Part shown: positions 11,315 to 24,309 of the stretch, in pieces | How the letters are laid out: each line of letters starts with the position of its first letter | Numbering within the stretch: the stretch's first letter is position 1 | Assembly: GCF_009834535.1 (NCBI RefSeq) | Contig: NC_045696.1 | Coordinates: 104,410,001-104,474,000 of the forward strand | From: Camelus ferus | Lineage: Eukaryota | Length of the DNA stretch: 64,000 nt | Direction: 5' to 3' | Made by a program: the position numbers and the translations under genes | Notes under the pieces: model-generated | Seen by the model: the letters and a program-made list of their open reading frames with translations, nothing else | Database searches by the model: none | Told to the model about the DNA's origin: nothing

Positions 11315-13361
11315 TGATACTATATGTAGAAAACCTTAAAGATGCTACCAAAACACTATTAGAACTAATAAATGAGTTCAGTAAATTTTGGGATACAAAA
11401 TTAATATACAGAAATCTGTTGAATTTTTATACACTGATAACAAATTATCAGAAAGAGAAATTAAGAAAACCCATTTACAATTGCATCAAAAAGAATAAAT
11501 TACCTAGGAATGAATCTAATCAAGGAGGTAGAAGACCTGTACTTGGAAAACTATGAGACATTGATGAAAGAAATTAAAGACATTACAAACAAACGGAAAG
11601 ATATATCATGTTAATGGATTGGAAGATTAATATTGTTAAAATGACCATAGTACTGAAGGCAATCTATAGATTCAATGCAATCCCCACCAAAATGCCAATG
11701 GCATTTTTCACTGAACTAGAATAAATCTGAAATTTGTATGGAACCATAAAAGTCCTCAAATAGCCAAAACAATCTTGAGAAAAATCAAAGCTGAAGGTAC
11801 CATACTCCTTGACTTGAGCCTATGCTACAAAGCTAGAGTAATCCAAACAGTATGGTACTGGCACAAAAACAGACACATAGATTAGTGGAACAGAATAGAG
11901 AGCCTGGAACTAAACCCATGCATATACAATCAATTAATTTATGACAAAATAAACAAGAATATACAATGCAGAAAAGACAGCTTCTTCAATAAAGTGATGC
12001 TGGGGAAACTGGACAGCTACATCCAAAAGAATCAATCTGGATTACTTTCTCACAGTATATACAAAAATAGCCCCAAATCAATTAACAAGTTAATTGTAAG
12101 ACCTGAAACCATAAAATCCCTAGGAGAAAACATAGGCAGTATGCACTTTGACATCAGTCTTAGCAATATATATATACATATATATATGATCTGTCTCCTT
12201 AGGCAAGGGAAACAGAAGCAAAAATAAACACAAGGAACTACATCCAACTCAAAAGTTTTTGTACAGTGAAGGAAACTATCAATGGTATAAAAAGGCAGCC
12301 CAATGACTGAGAGAAGAGATTTGCAGATGACCTATATAGTAAGGGATTGATATCCAAAATACACAAAGAACTCATACAACTCAATGTCAAAAAACAGCCA
12401 ACCCAATTAAAAGATGGGCAAAGGACATGAATAAACATTTTCCCAAAGAAGACATACAGATGGCCAACAGACACATAAAAAGATGTTCAGCATCACTAAT
12501 GGGAATCAAAACCACAATGAGGCACCACTTCACCCCTGTCAGAAAGACTAACATCAAAAAGAAAACAAATAACAAGTGTTGGCAAAGGTGTGGAGAAAGG
12601 GAAACCCCAATGCACTGTTGGTGGGAAGGTAAACTGGTGCAGCCACTATGCAGAACAGCATGGAAGTTCCTCAAAAAATTAAAAATAGAACTGCCATATA
12701 ATCCAGCAATTTCACTTCTGGGTATTTACCTGCAGAAAATAAAAACATTAATTTGATAAGATACAGGAAAACATTAATTTGATAAGATACCAATGTTCAC
12801 TGCAGCATTATTTACATTAGGCAAGATACGGAAGTAACCTAACTGTCCAAGGATAGATGGATGATTGTGGGGGGTGTGTGTGTGTGTGTCACACACACAA
12901 TAGAATATTACTCAGTCATAAGAAAAAAATGAAATCTGGCAATTTGCAACAAAATGGATAGATCTAGAGGGTGTTATGCTAAGTGAAACATGTCAGAAAA
13001 AGACTGTGATTTCACTTATATGTGGAATCTAAAAAACGAAACAAAAACAGACTCATAGATACACAGAGCAAATAGGTGATTGCCAGAAGGGAGGGGGATG
13101 GGGGTGGGTGAAATAGGTGAAGGAGATTAAGCAGTAAAGACCTCCAGTTATAAAATAAAAACTCCACAGGGATGTAGTATACAGTGTAAGGAATATGATC
13201 AATAATGTAGTGACTGTATGGGGACAGATGGTTACCAGACTTACCATGATGATCATTTCATAATGTGTGCAAATGTCACATCACTACGAAGTATACCTGA
13301 AACTAACATGATATTGTATGTCAGCTATATTTCATGTGGAAAAAAATAGAAGAAAACAAAA
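11315..13361 (+). mobile_element. 5'-truncated LINE-1 (ORF2 C-terminal part plus 3' UTR), decayed, antisense to CLSTN2
   Basis: ORF2-like peptides [45 protein letters not shown] and [25 protein letters not shown], broken by frameshifts and stops; L1 3' UTR motifs and an A-rich end. Confidence 0.95.
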
Positions 13362-13514
13362 GTAGACCACAAATCCATTGGGACGTCCTCACAGGGACAA
13401 TGGAGAAGCTGCCAACAGTTGAAGAAGAGGTGAATCCTGTTTTGCAAGAGAACATTCCCCAGGGATCATCCCCAACGCCTTGGCTGGGACCCAGGCTGAC
13501 CAGCATCTACTCAC

Positions 13515-13663
13515 TGGACTTTGGAAGAGACTTTCAAGCGCCGCACACCTGCGGTTGGGAACTGCCTGGAGTTGATGTAGGAGACCTTCTGGAGGGCATG
13601 GTTGATGTTCCCAATGTCGTCACCTTCCATCACCAGGACGGACTGCGAGGGGTTGAAATGATA
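13515..13663 (-). CDS. CLSTN2: Calsyntenin-2 coding exon (probably exon 11), 149 nt, phase 0/2
   Basis: Not represented in frame in the ORF track; read manually: ttccag|TAT CAT TTC AAC... translates YHFNPSQSVLVMEGDDIGNINHALQKVSYINSRQFPTAGVRRLKVSSKV(Q); donor CA|gtgagt. Confidence 0.96.
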
Positions 13664-14829
13664 CTGGAAGACAGAAAGGGGTATCATAGGAGCAAATGAT
13701 CAGTGACATAAGCAGTCCCATGGAGCCCCTCCATCTCCATGAAAAGGCCACCAAGGCCAGCACAGGTATCTCCAAGGCACCTGCAAGTGCAGCATCTGTG
13801 TGCCCAGATGACTGTTTCAACCCCTCAAGCAATCCCTGCTTGAGGGGGTGACTGGTGGGCTTCGGGATCCTCCTCTGTAAGATTCCCAGGAATTATAAAC
13901 TCCTGGTAATACCAACCTGAGCCACAGGATGGAATTCTGAATTCGCATCCTCTGGGCTACTGTGGGGTCCTGCCCAGAAGCTTTCAGCCCTTGGACTGCC
14001 CACCCCCTCAGCTGACACCCTGGAAACTTAGGGCTTTGGTTCCTTTTGCTGTCTTGTCTTTGGTCTTGAACTGCTCCTTCATTCACCGTGCACTCCACTT
14101 CCTGACTCCTGACCCAATTTTTAACATCCAACCTTAAAGCTCATTTTTCAGCTAATGGCTTTCCTTCTCTTAGCTCTGATTCTCAGTCTTGCCCGCTTGT
14201 TGCTAAACTCTGGTTTCCCATAGCTTTTCCTCACTTGCTGTTTTTACACCTGCCGGCTGTCTTAGTTTTGTTATCTATGCACCGCATCCTGAGTCCCTGG
14301 TACCCCGTGCTTGGTGAAGGCCCTGGGGACTACGATGCTCCCCACTGAGTCACCTGGGTCCCCAAACCAGATAAACTAGATACAGACTTCTCTCCCATGA
14401 TGTTCCCAGTAGTTACTCTTTGAATGGCGCATGGAGAATCGCGTTTGCACTGCTCTGAGTTACTGACCTTGACACACTTCTAAGAATTATTAGGAACTGC
14501 TATCAATAAAATGTCAGGAACTTATGTGTGGATTCAGGTTATGCATCCAATACTCATGTCATGGGAAAGAGAGACACGGATACATTTTTATGTAGCTACT
14601 TGCCAACAATTATTTATTTTTTTTGAATAACACGTGTACATGGTTCAGCTATATATGTGTGCTAGTGTCCACCCCATTCTTCTCTCCTGTTGAACTAACT
14701 TCCCCAATCCCATTCCACAAGTAATCACTGTTCCATTAATTTCTAGTGACAAGATTACATTATTGTTCATAATTAGTTGCTCCCTTCCTACCCTCACCCA
14801 GTGAGAGGCTTATACATGTCTGCACTCTT

Positions 14830-15480
14830 GTCAACAGGCTCGATCACGTGACTTCTGTACCTTTCCCTGCAGGGTATACATTTTTGCCCTGTTGCACTCA
14901 ACAGCGGTCATGTGACTTGCCAACAAAATGGGGACAGAATTATTGTTTGGTTCATAACCATGTGGGAGATTTAACAGCCAGTTCATAGTTTGCCATGTCA
15001 CTTTCCCTCTCATGAAACATGCAAAGCCTGGGTCTCACAGTGAGGGGGTTATGGGTAAGAGCTGCCACCAAACTATGGTTACCAGGGGGAAAGGGGGAGG
15101 GGGAGGGATAGATTAAGAGTTTGAGATTAACAGATACATATTACTATATATTAGAACAGATAAACAACAAGGACCTACTATGTAGCACAAGGAACTATAT
15201 TCAATTTATTATAATGAGCCATAATGGAAAAGAAACTGAAAATACATATATGTACATACCTATATGTATAACTGAATCGCTTTGCTGTACTCCTGAAACT
15301 AACACAGTAAACTGACTACACTTCAATAAAAAATAAGAATTAAAAAAACACATAATGAGAAAAAGAGCTGCAGCCAATCTTTAATGACTTGAAGTGTTAT
15401 CAATAAAAAAAAATTTCTGTATAATCTACAGAAATTTTAAAGTCATTTGTTACTGCAGCATAACCTCACCTATCCTGACA
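14830..15480 (+). mobile_element. MaLR (MLT1-type) LTR interrupted by the L1 fragment
   Basis: ggtcatgtgacttgccaacaaaatg and terminal tttgttactgcagcataacct...cctgaca motifs typical of old MLT1 LTRs; boundaries approximate. Confidence 0.65.
15074..15362 (+). mobile_element. Short L1 3'-UTR fragment (artiodactyl-type), nested in a MaLR LTR
   Basis: tatggttaccaggggg...aacaacaaggacctact...tataactgaatcgctttgctgtac...cttcaataaaaaa; degenerate flanking repeat aagagctgc..ccaa.c at 15057-15073 and 15363-15379. Confidence 0.88.
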
Positions 15481-15489
15481 GTTGCTACT

Positions 15490-16090
15490 TAAGCATTTTA
15501 TGAATATATAATCAATAAATATAGATTCCCATTTTTCTCCTTTCTTACAGCAAAGATAGCTTATTACATACTATACTGTACTTTGCTTTTTTCCATTTAG
15601 CTTGTGTCTTGGAGATCTTTTCTTTTTTTTTTTAAAGTTGTATGATACAATTTAACATTAAATCAATTATTTAACCAGTCTCCTAATATGAAGACTTGGG
15701 TTGTTTCCAATCTTCTACTAATAATGCTTCAATGAATAACCTGTACATATAATATTTCATTAACATTTCATAAATGTGTAAATGTATCTGTAGAATAAAG
15801 CCCTACAAGTGAAATTGTTAGGTCAAAGAGTGTATGCCCTTTAAATTTTGACAAATGTTGCCAAATTTCTCATTGCTAGGGATTACATCAATATATACTC
15901 CCTCTCACAGTGTATGATAAAGCTTCTTTTCTCAAGACCTCAACAACAGAGCATGCTATCAAACTTTGGGATTTTTGTCAATCTGATAGGTGATAATACT
16001 ATCTTAATGTGGTTTTATTTTACATTTCTCTTTCCATGAAGTAGGTTGAGTATGCTTTCAAGAGTTTAAGAAAAAATCTATCTATATTGG
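15490..16090 (-). mobile_element. Old L1M (L1ME/HAL1-like) 3' fragment
   Basis: ttgggttgtttccaatc, gaaattgttaggtcaaagag and tttgtcaatctgataggtga motifs typical of ancient L1 3' ends in reverse orientation. Confidence 0.65.
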
Positions 16091-16659
16091 CTTTTCTCTG
16101 CTATGACTCAGATGTCTTTATAAGAGTTCCTTGTTCTGTGTCTGGACCCTATCAGGAGGTGGGTGTCTCACGAGCACTGTGGTGCCATTGTCCCATGTAA
16201 TAATCCCTTGTATTGTGGCCCTTAGTCAACTTTTAGCTCAATCTTTGTCTCTCTTAACTATCATGTGAGCATTTCACTGATACCTCTTCCAAGCCTCCCC
16301 AGTTTCCCTCACTTAGGTCCCCAATGAGCTCCTACAGTGCTTATGCAATGGTAGTATAATTATTACAGTGCAGTGACCATGAGCTCCCTGAGGACAGGGG
16401 CTCCAACTCTTATCCCTGAATCCCAGAACTTCATCCTAGGGCTCTGGAAGCCCCTGTTTGATGAATGACTGAGTGGTCCCCCAGCCCACATTTTACTCAG
16501 TATCATCTCCTGTTATTCCCCCAAAGGACTCTTTCTTTCAGTCATGTCTTTTCAGTCAAGCTTTGGTGCGAGTCATTATCAGTGCTCACAAAACCCTGTT
16601 CTCCTGTCCTTCCTAGGCTTCCTGGAGATAACGTATCCACATGGTTCAACTATATATGT

Positions 16660-16920
16660 GTGCTAAGTGTCCACGCCATTTTCCAGCTGCCTTGATCTAC
16701 CTGTGGGTGGGTCATGTGGCTGCATCCAGCCAATGGGATATGAGAGGAAGTGATACTGGTGCTCTAGGCTGAAGCAGTGAAGGGCCCTGCTGGACACACC
16801 ACCCTTTTTTCTTTGCCCTAGTGGTCTGTGGCATTCCTCACTTCCCCAGCTTAGTGTGAGAGAGAAATAAACTTGTAAGCATTAAGCAATAGACATTTTG
16901 GGGTCATTGGCTATTGCAAT
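16660..16920 (+). mobile_element. MLT1-type LTR fragment
   Basis: ggtcatgtggct...gccaatgggatatgagaggaagtga and tgtgagagagaaataaactt...ttggggtcatt motifs. Confidence 0.55.
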
Positions 16921-19900
16921 TGCTTGGACCACTGGAAGAATTCAACCTTTCCTTCCTGGGCATGAGTCTCACTTCCCCAAATCTATGTAGCATCTCTGAA
17001 AGGCTGTGTGGACTGCCACAACCCAGTCCCAGCACAAGCTACAGAGTACGGCTTTGGACAATTTCCTTTCTCTTTCTGGACTTTATTTCCTCATTTAAAA
17101 TAACGGAGATATTAATATCTACCTGTCTGGAGCTTAAATGAGATAATGTATATAAAGTCTCTAGCACTTAAAAAGGTGTTCAATCTATAATCGCTTTTAT
17201 TATCACTCTTAATAATGTAATTACTTCTGCGCCAAGTCTTTGCCTGTGCTGGGAACACTGCCTTGGCTGTTCTTCTTTCCCTGCAGTTCAGTTCCCTCCT
17301 GTCCTCAAAGCCGAAGCAGGGTCTCTCTGAGCTGTGACGTCTGGTCACAAGCACTGTCCCCCGCGCTGGATTCAGGAGCCCCTGGGCACATGCACAGGTG
17401 ATGCCACAGTCGGCCTCTGGTTGGCTTAGCTTCTCTCCTGCTGTGGCTGACTCACTAGCTAAGCATGTCTGTCTGTCTGCCCCCTCCCCCAATAGATTGT
17501 GAGGAGCCTGAGGACAGCATTACCACGGGGTCCAGCACATGACAAGCATGAGGTAAGATGGTGCCCCCTGCCGAGAAGGCCGATCTCTGAGCTCTGCATG
17601 AGGGCTGAACAGAAAAACCAAGCAGGTTCTCCCAGAGGGACTGATTGGCAGCAAGCCGTGGCATGCCCACTGCAGCCCCTAGGGAGAGGATGGGTTAGAG
17701 AATGTGTCGGATCTGTAGTGAATACCCTAGTCTGCTTGCCAGAGCATCCCCAAATGGCCACAGTGCTTGAGGTGAGCACTGGCTTAGCCATCAATATAGT
17801 ACCTGCAGGATCAATAAAATCCTTCACTAAAGTAGGTTTTGTTTGTATGGTTGTTTTTTTTTGTGTGTGTGTGTAGGGGGGCATCGACTGATGGTCGGTC
17901 TCTGGTATTGCAGGATATAGGGTGGTACTGGCATGACCACAGGGGCAGGAGATGGCTTCCTGGGGACCTGGCAAAGGGTGACAGTATTCATTCTCCCTGG
18001 GAAGCCACCACAGTGGTTCCTTTCTCTGAGCCAAGAAAGCAGTTAGACAGATGGCCTTTGCAGAATGGTCAGCACTGTTGGAGGGTCGGCCAATGTCGCC
18101 AGCCACCTACCAGGCTGAGACATCGGTGAGGCCCCTGCCCAAGGCCCTGGCTTGTTCTTCGAGGACCAGCTGGCTATGTCACCCCAGGCCCCTTGCCCTT
18201 CCTTTGGACACCTGCTAGCCCCTCTGGGCTGGGCCAGATGAAGATTTGCCACAATAGAGGCTCTTCTGTCACAACTGTCACCCAGGCTTACTTTTCAAAA
18301 AAGAAGTGGCAGCAGCAATGCCAAGTGCAAGGTCAGCCCAGCAGGAGAAGGGAACTGTGATTTGTTGAGAGCCTGTTTTCTAGGGGAGATCTGTACCTAT
18401 ATCCATCTGTATGCATATATATCATCTATATCTTTATCTGCACATCTGTCTGTGTGAATGCATATCTTTGCTATATCTGATATATATATATGAGGATGTA
18501 TAAAAATATATATAATTCAATTCTTACATAACTACAAAGTAATATTAAGTCCTTTTTACACATGAGGGAACTGGGGCTTAAAAGATTAAAGTATGTTGCC
18601 CAAGGTCACCCAACTCATACACATCCGTACTGTGCTTTGAACCTAGGAGTGTTTTGTTCCCAGTGTCTTGCTCTTTCCCACCCTTTCCGCACCGTGGAGG
18701 TTGGCGGGGATCGTCCTATAAAAATCAGAAGTGGGCATTCCTCAGGAATGTGGCTGTTCCACCACGTCTGGTGTGGATACATAACCATAACCACCTGGAC
18801 CATTTAATGACTCCAGACGTGCTGGAGAAGTATCCAGAAATACGCAGGACCCAGGGGGAAACAAGGGAGAAGAGGACCTCGTGTGGGGCCCTGTGAGGGG
18901 GTGCAACGCTTCCGCAGTCATGAGAGGCCCTCAGTTCTCTGCACCAGCCAGAGAGGATGGAGAAGGCCAGGAGCCAGTGGAGAAACTGCTAGTCATCATT
19001 CAAAAACGAAATGAGGGCTAGAGGAGGGAGGCGGGGGAGGAAGTGGTTTTAACAGTATTCAAGAATGCCTTCTCATCTGAGTTGCTAGCACAGAGGAAAG
19101 AGCATAGACTTATTTTGGACAAGTCCCTGGGCCCCGATCTCCTTATTTCTGAAATGGGGTCATGATATTTAATTCGTTGTGAGGAGTGGGGATAATGAAC
19201 TTAAAATAGCCCCCAGTGGGTGCACCGCAAATTGTGTGTCTTATCATTAACTTCTCACTCTGCGGTCTGGTTCTTGCCAGCCGCGCCCTCAGGATGGAAA
19301 AGGATCATTTGCAGAGCCTGGTTATGAGCAGGTGGTATCCTAAAAAGTCAGATTAGCTTCCTCCACCCCCCACCGCTTTCGGGGTCACTTGATTTCGCGC
19401 TTCCTCTTTCACAGGCTAGGACTGCTATGTAGGAATTGCTGTGGTTCTTAATTTATAATTCTAAGAACGTGTGGCTTTTCAGTTCAGCATCTTTGGTTTA
19501 TTTGTTCTATAGGGCTTGGAATCCTGAAGCTGTGGCCCCGTGAGATGGTCCAGGGCAGAGGAGATCCATTTAGAGACAGGGGGCAAATCCAGAATCAGAG
19601 AGGGGAGGGTTAGAAGGACAAATTTCTGCATCGCTGGTGTGGCAAAACACTAAGGAAACAGTACAAACAGTAGGTCAAGGACCAAACCTCAGGCTCTGCT
19701 CGTGACGGTATCTGTATAAAATGTGCCAAGAGGGTCTTCCGTGGGCCAGCTGCCATGAAAAAGACTGGTGGAAAGCCCGCCTTTCCAATAGAGACAGTGT
19801 TGTGAGTTTCCTTCAGTGACAGGTGGTTAGCTATTGAGAGTACCTGGGTGTATGTAGGTGTGTGTATGTGTGTGTATGTTTGTGCATGTGTGTGTGTTTC

Positions 19901-20060
19901 ACACATGTTAAACAAGGCTCTGGAAAGCCATTCTTGCTTTACCCTGACTTTGTAATCCTCTCATCTTCCCCATCTGACCCAGGCTCCATTCGGAACCCCA
20001 CAGCTGTCTAGATCATGCTCCCTTGCAATGGAGCCCTTTAATGCTGCTTGTTGCCAACAG

Positions 20061-20105
20061 AAAACAAAACAAACAAAACAAAACAAAACAAAACAAAACA
20101 AAACA
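20061..20105. repeat. (AAAAC)n microsatellite
   Basis: Direct inspection. Confidence 0.95.
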
Positions 20106-20394
20106 GTAAACACCTAGACATTAACAAGGCCCTGGACATGGCTTTTGCCTCCTGCCTCTCTGGTCACACTTTCTACTTTTCCTTCTGCAGTTTGGGCACT
20201 TGTCACACTGGCCTTCTGCCTAGAGTGACTGCCTTGCCCTGACCCCCGCCACTGCCTGTCTTCTTGCTGGTTGGTTCTTACCCTGAAACATTCTGCTCAG
20301 ACTCTGCCTCCTCCAAAGAGCCTTCCCTGAACTACTGTTCCCCAGGTTCTGAAGCTCTGAACTGACTGGGTTCACATTCTGGCTCCATTCATTA

Positions 20395-20575
20395 CCATCT
20401 TTGGGATCCTTGGCAAGTTTCCTTTCTTTTCCAGGCTTCAATTCCTCATGAGCAAAATGGGAATATTCATGGTCCTTTTATCATAGGGTTGTTCTGGGGC
20501 TTAAATGAGTTAAACTCTTAGAACACTTTTAGAACAGTGCCTGGCACGTGGGAGACCCTCAGTAAATGTTCATGC
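20395..20575 (+). mobile_element. MIR SINE
   Basis: ttcctcatgagcaaaatgggaata...tcatagggttgtt...ttaaatgagttaa...tagaacagtgcctggcac. Confidence 0.78.
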
Positions 20576-21848
20576 TCGTAATCATTGTAGCAGTTACTGC
20601 GCTGGATTACAGGCATCTGCTTGGGCCACTGGGTTCCCCAAAGACAATAAGCCTGGAATATTCATTCTGTGCCCCTCTACTCAGCCCAGAACTGAATTAC
20701 ATGGCTGTCCATGGAATGTATGTGGAAGTGATTGTGACTTAAAGAAAAGCATGATGTGTCCAGATCACTGGCCCCTCCAAGGCTACCCAAGGTCAGAGCC
20801 CCTACAAGCTTCTGACAGCATAAACAAGAGGGCTCTCTGTTGGAGGGGTGACTCCCCATCCTGGGGCTGGGGCTGGGGCAGGGAGGCAGGGGGAGCTCCA
20901 TGGGCAGCACTGAGTGTGGACGGGAGGCGGTGGGAAACCTCTGTTCTGGTCATTCCCTCCTTGGGAAAACTTCACAGCCGCTGGACCCTCACGGGTCTGT
21001 CCAGTGTTCCTGGAGGCAGAGGGTGGGCCGCCCTGACTTCCAGAGAGGAGGCCTCGGGGCTGCCTGTTCTCGGTGGGGTCCACGATGATTGAGTGGAGGC
21101 TGCAGCGATGCTTACCTTGCTCTTTGCTCAGGACCCCGAGGCCTTGGTCCAGGTGAGGCCAGAGCCATCCCTGCCAGTCAGGGAGGTGCTTGATGAGGCC
21201 ATTACCCACATCCTGCCCCCTCCAGAGGAGCTTTTCTCAAAATGTAGCTTGGATTCCCTTGGATGACTGGAATATTTTTATTTTGCATGGATGATAAAAA
21301 TAATAAATCCGCTCATAGTCCCTTTGACTGCAGACACTGCCTGGAGCCCAGTCTGTGCCTCAGTGTCACCACGTCAGACCCAGGGACCTCCGCATCTGCT
21401 TTCTAATTCCACCCTACTCCGGATTGGTCTTTTCTAATTAGCATTTTCCACGGTCCAAACTTTTAATTCTACTTTTTTGTATTTGTGAAATGTGTTCTTG
21501 GGCGCTACTTCAATTCCTTTAGGCCAGTAGACAACAGATCACCCTCCCAACCCAGGAAAAAAAATGAAATATAACAGCTCCCTCCAGGTAGACACTGAGC
21601 ACGTGCCTGCTTTTGTGCACTGAACTCATTATACACAAGGGCTTCATCCTGGGAATTTGAGGAGACGCACAAGTCTGTCGTGGAGTCACAGTCACGAATC
21701 TCCCTGCTGTAGCAGCACCTGTGTGGTGGTACCAGCCTTGTGCGACGTGGCGGGAAATGACTCCACTGCCAGGAGGACACTGGGTGCTGGGCAGCCACCG
21801 ACTCATGAAGCAACGTCTGACTGGGGGCCATGCCGGCTCCTTCCTTAC

Positions 21849-22015
21849 CTTTATTCCTTGGCCCAGGCTCTCCAGGGAGTTGATATCCAGCCCTTCCTTG
21901 CAGGCCTGCAGGCAGGAAATCACCTTCTGACTGTCCATTTTCCCCGGGCGGATGGTGAGGCTGGCCAGGCTGCCGTGGAAGAATTGAGCAAAGCGCGGTT
22001 TGGTGACTTCTCCTC
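21849..22015 (-). CDS. CLSTN2: Calsyntenin-2 coding exon (probably exon 10), 167 nt, phase 1/0
   Basis: tgtag|GA GGA GAA GTC... translates GGEVTKPRFAQFFHGSLASLTIRPGKMDSQKVISCLQACKEGLDINSLESLGQGIK; donor AAG|gtaagg; lies within ORF 21519..22085(-). Confidence 0.96.
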
Positions 22016-24309
22016 CTACAAGACAGAGACACATCGTTATTTGCCCTGCGGAGACTGGGTGGGAAACACCACTTCCAGGCGCCATCTGGTGGGAGGCAAG
22101 AACACAGTGGCTGCGTCCCCTAGACCCGAGCTTCTCCTTGCAGAGCTGCGGGGCCAGAATCTCAAGAGGATGTTATTTGCCGCCAAGACCTTGGCACTCC
22201 CCAGCTGCACCCATTTAGGAATCTGGGCTTCTTGAATTTTAAAACATTTACTTTCAGAGGCACAAACTGTCTTAGAAGACAGGGAGGGCCTACAGGGTAA
22301 AAGCAGGAGCGAGAAAGACGCTACCAGTGCTGAAAGCTGTGCTGTGTGCCACGCTGACTGCTGGGGACTTCATCTGAGTGAGCCTGCAAAGAAGGGGTCA
22401 TTGTTTCCAAGGGACAGATGATGAGGAACCCTGGGACTCAGAAAGGTTGAGGGACTTGCCTCAGGGACACACAGCTAAAAGCAGAGCTGGGGCTCTAGTC
22501 CAGGTCTGTCTGGCTGCAGAGCTGGCATTTGCTCTCTTGTATTCCTCTGAGGGGCTGGCATGCAGTTGAGGGGACCTGGAAACGCCATGTCCGTGGGCTC
22601 TGGCTCTCTCGTGGTGAGTTGATTTTACATCCACTCAAATTCAGGTTCTTTGTCATGCAAGGGCTTCCTCGATTCTGTTCTACCTTGGACTTTCTTCTTA
22701 TCGCCTTCTCATCAGCAGTTTTCTACTGTTCGCTCTGCTGGCTGAGCTGAGTCTGTCTGAGCCCGACTTGGCTTTTCCGCTTGTGAAATTGTTCGACGTG
22801 ACTCCTGTGGCAAGGCCAGACTGAAAGCCACCTCCTCTCATTTTCTCCCTCATTTACTTAAAATAAAAGCTCCCCCAAGGTCCACTGGATGCCTCACCTC
22901 CACCAGGAGGCCTTCCCCACTGACTTTATGAGCACAGACCCCTTCCATCCCTGGGCAGCCTACGTCGTCAATCCTAGCCTTGATCTTGCACTTCTGTTTG
23001 TACAGAGAGGTATACAGGGAAGATGGACCTGGGTGGAACTCTAGCTTTGCTAATTCCCTGGAGGGGTTTTGGAGCCTCTCTGAGCCTCTGCTTGCTTGTA
23101 GGGGACACTCCTGGGTCTTGCCTCCTTGCTTTCCTGGCTCTTAGCAGCTTCCCCAGTGGCCAGCTCCCACGGGCACAGCCGGCACCTACCCCTGCAGTGT
23201 GCTGCATGAGAACCCCACCCCGTGAACCACTTTCCCCAGCATCCTGGAGGGCAGTTTTCTGGCAGGTTCTGCCAAAGTAAAAACAACTGTGACTTCTCTG
23301 CTCTTCAGTGAGCCACACTGTGTCGACTAAGTCTGGACCCCAGCCTGGGGGGCAGAGGGCTCTCCATGGGGTGCTCTGTTTCAGCTTTGGGGGAGAAGAT
23401 GTTCCTGACTCTGCATTCCTATAGTCTTCTGAGTTCCCCTGATTTAGTCACTAATCCTTTATTATCCCAATCCTCTGTGATAGTATTGTTTTATATTTCC
23501 TTGTTTAAATTACTGTTGTTTCTCTCTCCTGATTGGGTCCAGAACTGATACACCCTCTATGTTTGCACACACACCTTTGCTCACACCCATTCCTCCTCAC
23601 ACTGAGATACCAGATCAAGCAGATCTCACTGGTCCTTCGAGGGCCCTTAAGCACCCTGCCCACTGTTCCTTCTTCCTGCCCTGAGCCTTGGAAAGAAGAT
23701 AGTTTTTTTTAAAGTGCCCCTCACAACTTGGCATTGTTGAGTGATGGTTTACATGTATGTGTTTTCTGTCTTCAGTAGCCTAGAATGGGTGATACTCAAC
23801 CTTGGCTGCATATTTTAATCACTGAGGGAGTCTTTAAAAAATAAACTGATCCTGGTGCTGGCTGGGTCCCACGCAGAGAGATTGTGACCTAACTGGTCTG
23901 GGGAGTTTTAAGAACTCCTTTGGGTGAATCAAACATGAAGTCAAGGTGAAGAACCCCTAGGCTGTGAAATTTCTAGCCAGGCTTCTGCATACTCCTTACG
24001 TGATCTCTCTCCTTTACGACAGACACCTGCAGGTTTAGCTTGCCTCTCTTTGCAGGCTGCTGGAATTTATTTGTTGAAGTCTGTCTGCTGCATGGCAGGG
24101 AGCACACATGCATGATTCATTTTAGTGAAGACAATACTGAGCAGGTATTAGGGGCTGAGGGCTGCCCCAGGCATCTTGCATAAGCTGGCTCATTTATCCC
24201 TCTCAACAATGCCGGCCCCTGCCCCTGTGTCATGGGACATCCTCCACCCTGCCTGGCACACAGCAGACACTTCATAACTGTTTGCTGAATTGTAGGAGAT
24301 GATCCAGCA

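Noticed and set aside
12427..12756. L1 ORF2-like ORF as an active gene
   Set aside because: Fragment of a 5'-truncated, frameshifted L1
17559..17577. CTCF-like motif (minus strand TCGGCAGGGGGCACC)
   Set aside because: Partial match only; cannot be supported without PWM scoring or ChIP data
17459..18106. Longest ORF in the track (215 aa, minus strand)
   Set aside because: Intronic, non-ATG start, no recognisable domain, crosses a simple repeat; consistent with a chance ORF
21657..22235. 192-aa plus-strand ORF overlapping exon 10
   Set aside because: Antisense shadow of a GC-rich coding exon; no recognisable protein features
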